This document shows, piece after piece, positions 58,295 through 64,000 of a stretch of DNA of 64,000 bases. A program made the translations under genes and the position numbers. Positions within the stretch are counted from its first letter, which is position 1; the number at the start of each line of letters is the position of its first letter. Under the pieces are notes generated by a model. It was given only the letters and a program-made list of their open reading frames with translations, made no database searches and was not told the DNA's origin. This DNA comes from a virus (Duplodnaviria; Caudoviricetes), in IMG/VR virus record IMGVR_UViG_3300037424_000485, positions 140,432 through 204,431 of that record; one strand, given 5' to 3'.

Positions 58295-58369
58295 AAAAAT
58301 AGGAGTAAGATAGTTAAGTAAGTAACCATCACAAGGGAGCTACCCTTTGTCCTCCTAATGTTATTTATA
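58295..58369 (-). ncRNA. three-way-junction leader RNA upstream of HNH copy 4
   Basis: TATAAATA box, TAGGAG/CTCCTA stem, AAGGG-TAGCT-CCCTT, GATGGTT/AACTATC, U5. Confidence 0.65.
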
Positions 58370-60089
58370 GATTTTTAATAATTGTATCTAGTGAATCGTT
58401 GATATATTTTTTAAAATCCTTTTTTGCCTGTGCTTCTGTTATCTTTACTTCTTCTGGTTTGATGTCTTTTCTTTCTTCATCATGTACCTCGAAAGTCTTG
58501 CCCTCGTATATCCCTTGCACCCACGAAGGGTTATTAGAAGGATCTGCCACTAAATCCCAAGTTATTAAATTGTAATCCTCGTTAACATATCCATCAGCAC
58601 CAACGGTTCCCAAACCTCTAGAAGATATACCAAGAGCACCTTCTTTGATAAGTGTTCTTGCTATATTACCTTGTGGAGTATCAAGAACCTTTGCTCTACC
58701 CATGAGATTATCGCCTTTCCATTGAAGAGATTCAATTTTAATAGCTATTTTATCAAGATTGATCTCTGGACAATTACCTGTCCAGAACGAAACACTGTCT
58801 TTATTTCTAACATAGAAATTTTGATTTTTTACCCTAACACAATAAACATTACCATTGTAAGATTCTTTACTAACATTGGTATGATCATCAAACATCCATA
58901 TACCTTTTGAAGTATATAACTTTAGAAAATATAGAGGTTGTTTATTACATGCTTTGATAACTCTATCTCCAAAAACATAATCGGTATCACATATTTCCAC
59001 TGTCTTTCTAGCAGAAATATCACACTTCAATGCAATTTCATGAAAATCATCAATCATTCTTTCGGAAGTTGAAAATATATCCCTTCTTTCATATCCATTA
59101 TCATCAACACTATGCCTACCGTCACCGACACCAAACCAATAAAGTAATTGTTCTAAGTATTGAGATGATAACTGTTTGAATTCATCTGGTATATATTTAC
59201 CATAGCAATTACCCAATCCCTCAAGAAATCTTGATAATCTTCTATCCGTTAATATAAATTCTCTATCTTTTTTATCCCATTTCATACCTTCAGGGAACAT
59301 ATCTAATAATTTTTCAATCATTAAAGAACTTTCTTCTTTAATCTGAGAAATATGAACACATGTATATGTACCATCCCTACCTTTTGATAAATTACCTTCT
59401 GCAAGATAGATACCGAGAAATGATATAAATACATTCATATCTATTTCAACATCTTCAGTATAGTCTTTTTTAAATTCTCTATTTTTACATTCGTCAACTG
59501 AAAATCCTTTCAAGGTAAAAACATCTATATCCTCACCTATCCATGTACCTGTCTTAGGGATATAACATTTTTTGAATCTTCTTGTAGTTGATTGATCAAC
59601 CTCTTCTGAAGTTGCAAAAAAATGTTTGTTATATCTATCTATCAGAAAATGTCTATGGTTGGGCGTAAAAGACATATCAACTTGTCTATTTTTATATCTA
59701 AACATATCACCTACAAAAGGTGCTTCTATACGTTCATCTATTTGATGATATTCAATTTCTCTAGTGTCTGGATTGAGTGTTGCAACGACCTCATCATTTG
59801 CGATATTCTGAATCTCTTTCCATCCATCTTTTGTTAAGATTTCATTATCACCAAAAATACAAGGTGGATGTCCTAATTCACCCCATAGGCTATTGGCACT
59901 AACTTTCTTTTGAACTCCTAATACTTCTCTTTCAAGGATAGATTTTTTATATCTTCTTTTATTATTGTTCTTTAGCTCCGCTGTGGAAAAAATGCCTTCA
60001 ATAAACAATTCTTTTCCATTAGATCCATTAGACTCTACAAGTTGTATATCATGAGAAGTCTCTGTAATTAATTTTAGTTTTTTCATCAA
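58365..60089 (-). CDS. prohead core protease gp21-like containing an intein
   Basis: LFIEGIF..AELKNNNKRRY; WGELGHPP|CPEINLDKIA; GISSRGLG; WDLVADPS. Confidence 0.92.
   Translation of the reverse strand: MMKKLKLITETSHDIQLVESNGSNGKELFIEGIFSTAELKNNNKRRYKKSILEREVLGVQKKVSANSLWGELGHPPCIFGDNEILTKDGWKEIQNIANDEVVATLNPDTREIEYHQIDERIEAPFVGDMFRYKNRQVDMSFTPNHRHFLIDRYNKHFFATSEEVDQSTTRRFKKCYIPKTGTWIGEDIDVFTLKGFSVDECKNREFKKDYTEDVEIDMNVFISFLGIYLAEGNLSKGRDGTYTCVHISQIKEESSLMIEKLLDMFPEGMKWDKKDREFILTDRRLSRFLEGLGNCYGKYIPDEFKQLSSQYLEQLLYWFGVGDGRHSVDDNGYERRDIFSTSERMIDDFHEIALKCDISARKTVEICDTDYVFGDRVIKACNKQPLYFLKLYTSKGIWMFDDHTNVSKESYNGNVYCVRVKNQNFYVRNKDSVSFWTGNCPEINLDKIAIKIESLQWKGDNLMGRAKVLDTPQGNIARTLIKEGALGISSRGLGTVGADGYVNEDYNLITWDLVADPSNNPSWVQGIYEGKTFEVHDEERKDIKPEEVKITEAQAKKDFKKYINDSLDTIIKNL
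58773..59861 (-). mobile_element. intein (363 aa) with LAGLIDADG endonuclease in prohead protease
   Basis: Starts CIFGDNEILTKDGW, ends VYCVRV...FWTGN with +1 Cys; FLGIYLAEGN motif. Confidence 0.92.
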
Positions 60090-60120
60090 TGCTCCTTATT
60101 TTAAACACCAGTGGGCATTA

Positions 60121-60285
60121 TTATTCTTTGTCGATATCTACAACATCACCTTTAAGACCCAACTTCTCTTTGAAATAATCGTTCATATGACCTTTTATTT
60201 CCTTAGAAAGAGTATCTTTTGCTGCAATGAAATCATCATTCTCGAAAGAATCTAACGCGCCTTTAATTTTATCTGTATCAACCAT
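60121..60285 (-). CDS. small prohead core protein (gp67/68-like, 54 aa, not in track)
   Basis: MVDTDKIKGALDSFENDDFIAAKDTL; SD AAGGAG; between portal and protease. Confidence 0.7.
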   Translation of the reverse strand: MVDTDKIKGALDSFENDDFIAAKDTLSKEIKGHMNDYFKEKLGLKGDVVDIDKE

Positions 60286-60328
60286 TGTTTTTCTCCTTGT
60301 AACAAATTAGTTTTTAACTTCTTATTAT

Positions 60329-60336
60329 TATTTATA
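60329..60336 (-). promoter_or_regulatory. late promoter TATAAATA
   Basis: Exact box after portal. Confidence 0.65.
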
Positions 60337-60349
60337 AAATAATAATTTT

Positions 60350-61924
60350 TTAATATCCATCGTCCTCTTTAGGTAGTAACTCTTTATCTAATTTAAATCC
60401 CTCTGCATTCTGTTTTATCATATCATCATCCCATTTAAGGTACGTTTTTTGTAAAAAGCTTTTGCTGAATTCTACATTACTAGCCAGTGTAGAATAGTTA
60501 CTCATCTGTGTTGTTAATAATTGTTGGGCCATTTGATCTTTATAATTATTAGGGGCTGTCAATGATATATGTATTTTAGATCTATCAAGATCATATTCTT
60601 TTTTAAGCCCTTTGAAATCTAAATGTAATAAAAATAAATCAACAAATTCACTACAGAATTTCATTTGATGTCTTTCAAGAAATTTAGACCATTTTATCTC
60701 ATCTCTTTGAATTTCCCCCGCATTAGTTCCACCAAATACTATATCAGACTCAGATTTTGATTCTTGTGCAGAAACCCTAGACATAGGATATTTAAGGGAA
60801 CGATATAATTTTCTTGCAAAATAGTAGATGTCATCCAACTCTGCGAATCCAGCAGGATTACCGCCAATACTGTCTATTTGAGATCCACGACCATCAGCTG
60901 ATTGTGGAAGGAAGAAGTTTTCTAATACACTAAACACCTCAGGGCTATTAGACATCTGACCTGTGGCTGAATCGTATGTTATCTTTTTTGTAAATTTTTG
61001 TTTTATATTTTCTACAAATTTCATAGCCTTGTCTTTTGGCATGTTACCTGTATCAATACGAAATACTAATCTTTCAGGAGATCTAACTAGTCTATAAATA
61101 ATTACTGATGTTTCTAATAGTTTTAATTGATTAAATGGTTGTTTTGATTTTTCTAAATAACCTAATATTTGAGTTTTGCTTTTGCCATATACTCCATAAT
61201 TAACAAATCCTATCTGTTCAGGATAAAATACAATTACATTATTATCTTGTCTTGCCGCATCTATACTGTTATACTTCTTACCCTTCTCATTAAGATATTG
61301 GAAATATGCTATAACCTTTCCTGTTTTTGGATCATACAGATAATCCATTGTTTCTGTGGGTAGTTTTTTAATACCTATAACACCATTGCTAGATTTAGCA
61401 GAGTGTATTAAACGTTCATAATATACACGTCCATCTATATAGTAGGTTCTAAGCATATCCCACATTGCTTCTTTTATATCTATTCTGTTATAAAATAGAT
61501 CATCGAACTCTTCCTGAATATTCTTAACAATATTGCTATTACTTTCTAATTCTTTATCTCTAATTTCAAGAGTTATAAGATTACCAATAGTATCTTCATG
61601 TGTTGATTCAATAACAGCATCTTCTATAACATCTGCAACTTCTGGCATCTCCGCCATTTGACGATAGTGGAAAATACGTGCTCTCTCATTTTCAAATTCA
61701 ACATTAATATGATTAGTATAGAATTGATTAAATGATGTAAGAGCCTCCTTTCCGTAGCCCTGAACATTATTAATCAAAGAAAGATCATCAATACCTTCAC
61801 CTGATCTTAATTCTAGATGTCGATCACTAAAGTTATCTTCTCCTTTATTCTTAAAGGATTTTATTTCCTCTGTAAGAATTTGAGGTTCTTTATCTATCCA
61901 ACTCTTTGGATTATACCAAGCCAT
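60350..61924 (-). CDS. portal protein gp20-like
   Basis: YIDGRVYY; IYRLVRSPERLVFRIDTGNMPK; ENFFLP...GRGSQI; YRSLKYPMSR. Confidence 0.96.
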   Translation of the reverse strand: MAWYNPKSWIDKEPQILTEEIKSFKNKGEDNFSDRHLELRSGEGIDDLSLINNVQGYGKEALTSFNQFYTNHINVEFENERARIFHYRQMAEMPEVADVIEDAVIESTHEDTIGNLITLEIRDKELESNSNIVKNIQEEFDDLFYNRIDIKEAMWDMLRTYYIDGRVYYERLIHSAKSSNGVIGIKKLPTETMDYLYDPKTGKVIAYFQYLNEKGKKYNSIDAARQDNNVIVFYPEQIGFVNYGVYGKSKTQILGYLEKSKQPFNQLKLLETSVIIYRLVRSPERLVFRIDTGNMPKDKAMKFVENIKQKFTKKITYDSATGQMSNSPEVFSVLENFFLPQSADGRGSQIDSIGGNPAGFAELDDIYYFARKLYRSLKYPMSRVSAQESKSESDIVFGGTNAGEIQRDEIKWSKFLERHQMKFCSEFVDLFLLHLDFKGLKKEYDLDRSKIHISLTAPNNYKDQMAQQLLTTQMSNYSTLASNVEFSKSFLQKTYLKWDDDMIKQNAEGFKLDKELLPKEDDGY

Positions 61925-61948
61925 ATTCACACCTTGTTAATTTTTAGA

Positions 61949-62431
61949 CTACTTTAAAGAACTAGCAAATTTGCTTTTTTTCTTTTTTTCTACTTGCTTA
62001 ATTTTTTCAGCACATTTTTCTTCTATTTTTTTATCTGGTATAATATCTTCATCTACAATAGAAGACATTTTTAAATCCATATTTTCAATAACTCTTTCTT
62101 CAACATCCTCAATAGACTTCTCCATTGTTATTTCTACTTCTGGTTCAAGTTTTATCTTGATTTTTTCTGAAAATGGATTAAGATAGTATTTATCCTCTCC
62201 TGTTACCTCTAGCTTGGAATCGTAGTTACCGACATGTATATCACCATATACGACCTCAGATAGAGGAGGGATAGTAACAGTTACCTTGTCTCCTATTAAA
62301 GTACATGGAAACCCATATTCAATACCTTCAATGATGATTCTAAAGGTAAATTTCAAGTTCTGAGGCTTGATACCTTTTGTCTCTATCATCATTTCAAGTT
62401 TCTTTTCTTTTAATGCGTCAAATATAAGCAT
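61949..62431 (-). CDS. hypothetical virion-associated protein
   Basis: ORF track; late box upstream. Confidence 0.7.
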   Translation of the reverse strand: MLIFDALKEKKLEMMIETKGIKPQNLKFTFRIIIEGIEYGFPCTLIGDKVTVTIPPLSEVVYGDIHVGNYDSKLEVTGEDKYYLNPFSEKIKIKLEPEVEITMEKSIEDVEERVIENMDLKMSSIVDEDIIPDKKIEEKCAEKIKQVEKKKKSKFASSLK

Positions 62432-62447
62432 ATATATCTCCTAGATG

Positions 62448-62455
62448 TATTTATA
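62448..62455 (-). promoter_or_regulatory. late promoter TATAAATA
   Basis: Exact box upstream of 61949-62431. Confidence 0.6.
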
Positions 62456-62774
62456 CTTTTAATTCAGTAATACCCAGAAGTATCACATCAATATCCTGTT
62501 CGTCTTTGGATAATATCCTTTTTATAAGAACAACAGGCCATGGTCTTTCTTTTAATTGTATCTTTGTGGGGTTGGTATCCGATGTACCCCCTCCTAGATA
62601 AATATATTCTTTTTTTCCTGGCAGTGTTCCAGTCCCGCCACCCCATCCACCATCAAGAGCAGCCGCTACAACATCAACCAAAACACTCCTACTAGCCATC
62701 ATAGCGTCTACTGCGGCCACGTTTTGGCGTATTAGAGAGGTTTCTGCCATCCAGTTAGGGTATAAGCCTTGCAT
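62451..62774 (-). CDS. hypothetical protein
   Basis: ORF track; TAATG coupling. Confidence 0.55.
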   Translation of the reverse strand: MQGLYPNWMAETSLIRQNVAAVDAMMASRSVLVDVVAAALDGGWGGGTGTLPGKKEYIYLGGGTSDTNPTKIQLKERPWPVVLIKRILSKDEQDIDVILLGITELKV

Positions 62775-63478
62775 TACAATGGCTCCCTTGTATGGACGTT
62801 ATTCTCATCAGAAGAGGTATTAAACTGATGAAGTATTGTAGTGCCATCATCATCGTAGATAGTAACTAAAAGACCATCAGCAGAAATAATAGCTAAATTT
62901 GTACCCATCTTTCTTGCCTTAGTCGCCTCAACATTAGCTTGAGATGCTTGAACATTTGCGGCTGTAGCTTGTGTGAGTATATCAGCAAATAAAGTAAGCT
63001 GTTCAGCTGTTAGAGCTGGTACTTGCTCTGTATCCGTATATTTAACAGTATTAACAAGAGAGGACACCTGCCATTGGATTTTAATATTAGATCCAGTATC
63101 AGCAGCAACAAACGGATCTAGATTTGTTGGATCTTCTGACCAATCATCACCAAGTGTATCAACATATAAATTACCATCAAATCTTAATGTATAATCACCA
63201 GACCAAGGCTTAATTTTCCATCCATTGATCAGGAAATAAGAATCGCCCAATTGTTGTGTTTCGCTGATATAGTCACCACCAGCAGTTCTAATAGCCGGAA
63301 TGTATTTAGGATTATCATCAACTAACTGCCATTCTTTCCAATCTGAATAAATATCAGATTTAACAACAAGATCGGTAACATGGGGGGCAATATATATGGT
63401 TCTTGTAGTACCATTAAATGATAACTTATGTCCTAATAGCCAATATCTCCATATTGACATGTGATTACTAGGATTCAT
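62774..63478 (-). CDS. hypothetical structural protein
   Basis: DIYSDWKEW...AIRTAGGD...YFLINGWKIKP. Confidence 0.65.
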   Translation of the reverse strand: MNPSNHMSIWRYWLLGHKLSFNGTTRTIYIAPHVTDLVVKSDIYSDWKEWQLVDDNPKYIPAIRTAGGDYISETQQLGDSYFLINGWKIKPWSGDYTLRFDGNLYVDTLGDDWSEDPTNLDPFVAADTGSNIKIQWQVSSLVNTVKYTDTEQVPALTAEQLTLFADILTQATAANVQASQANVEATKARKMGTNLAIISADGLLVTIYDDDGTTILHQFNTSSDENNVHTREPL

Positions 63479-63481
63479 ATT

Positions 63482-63910
63482 TTATGATATAACCTCTATC
63501 TCTGACCAGTTTATTGACATTTTCACATCACATGATGATTTTATAGCTTTTGCAGCTATCGTCCATGTCTTCGATGTACCATCCGCCTTATTGCATAGGT
63601 ATGTATCTACGAAAGCAAGGTAAGATGAAAATGGAATATCTACAGTACCCTTGACCATACGATATCCAGAAATAACACCACCGGATGCAGAGATGGATTC
63701 AATATCAAAATCAAAATCAGATTGATCTCCGAGTGGATTCCATACAGCACCTTCTAGACTTGAATCTACAATTAACCCTAACTGTATTCTCCCATCTATA
63801 TTTTCATCAGAAGATAAGGAAGATGTGACAGATACTAGGTCTATTACTGCCAAAGTTCTGTTGATATTACCATTTTTTAATGCGGTCGGCCTTCCTGATA
63901 TTATAGGCAT
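63482..63910 (-). CDS. hypothetical protein (may extend upstream)
   Basis: ORF track at window edge. Confidence 0.5.
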   Translation of the reverse strand: MPIISGRPTALKNGNINRTLAVIDLVSVTSSLSSDENIDGRIQLGLIVDSSLEGAVWNPLGDQSDFDFDIESISASGGVISGYRMVKGTVDIPFSSYLAFVDTYLCNKADGTSKTWTIAAKAIKSSCDVKMSINWSEIEVIS

Positions 63911-64000
63911 CCATGCCCCACTTGTGACTGTTGTTATATTTGATACTGTTGTGAGATGATTAATATGTTGTGTGTCATCTCCTTCTAGTGTCGCTATTGT

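Noticed and set aside
57407-58365. Group I intron carrying the HNH genes
   Set aside because: Flanking genes are complete on either side and no intron core elements were recognised; the HNHs are intergenic.
154-63194. Most + strand ORFs and nested minus-strand ORFs in the track
   Set aside because: They are shadows of real genes, with no SD or motifs; only 53142-54191 is credible on +.
1-64000. tRNA, rRNA or known ribozyme genes
   Set aside because: No cloverleaf or hammerhead/twister cores recognised by eye; tRNAscan-SE and Infernal were not run.

Overview
AT-rich segment of a large T4-like (myovirus) dsDNA phage genome, coded almost entirely on the minus strand. About 11.2-64 kb is the virion module: portal, intein-containing prohead protease, scaffold, major capsid, terminase, PhoH, neck, sheath, tube, tape measure, baseplate, several fibres/adhesins with FG-GAP beta-propellers, and a gp55-like late sigma factor with TATAAATA late promoters. 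About 0-11.2 kb holds small early-type genes, an intein-containing glycosyltransferase and an intein-containing thymidylate synthase. Selfish nucleases are abundant: 3 LAGLIDADG inteins, 4 paralogous HNH genes (one with a nonsense codon) and 2 paralogous PD-(D/E)XK-like genes. The most interesting signals are: (1) a covarying three-way-junction RNA leader with a U-tract and anti-SD switch upstream of two HNH genes, with related folds elsewhere; (2) a nuclease gene flanked by a 48-bp duplication of the gp6 start region; (3) a thymidylate-synthase intein broken after 19 residues at a slippery T8 tract; (4) a -1 frameshift extending the tail chaperone; (5) an unannotated ArfA-like small protein; (6) consensus sigma70 promoters facing antisense into late operons. 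No searches were run. T4 gene names come from recalled motifs plus synteny and need HMM or structure confirmation.
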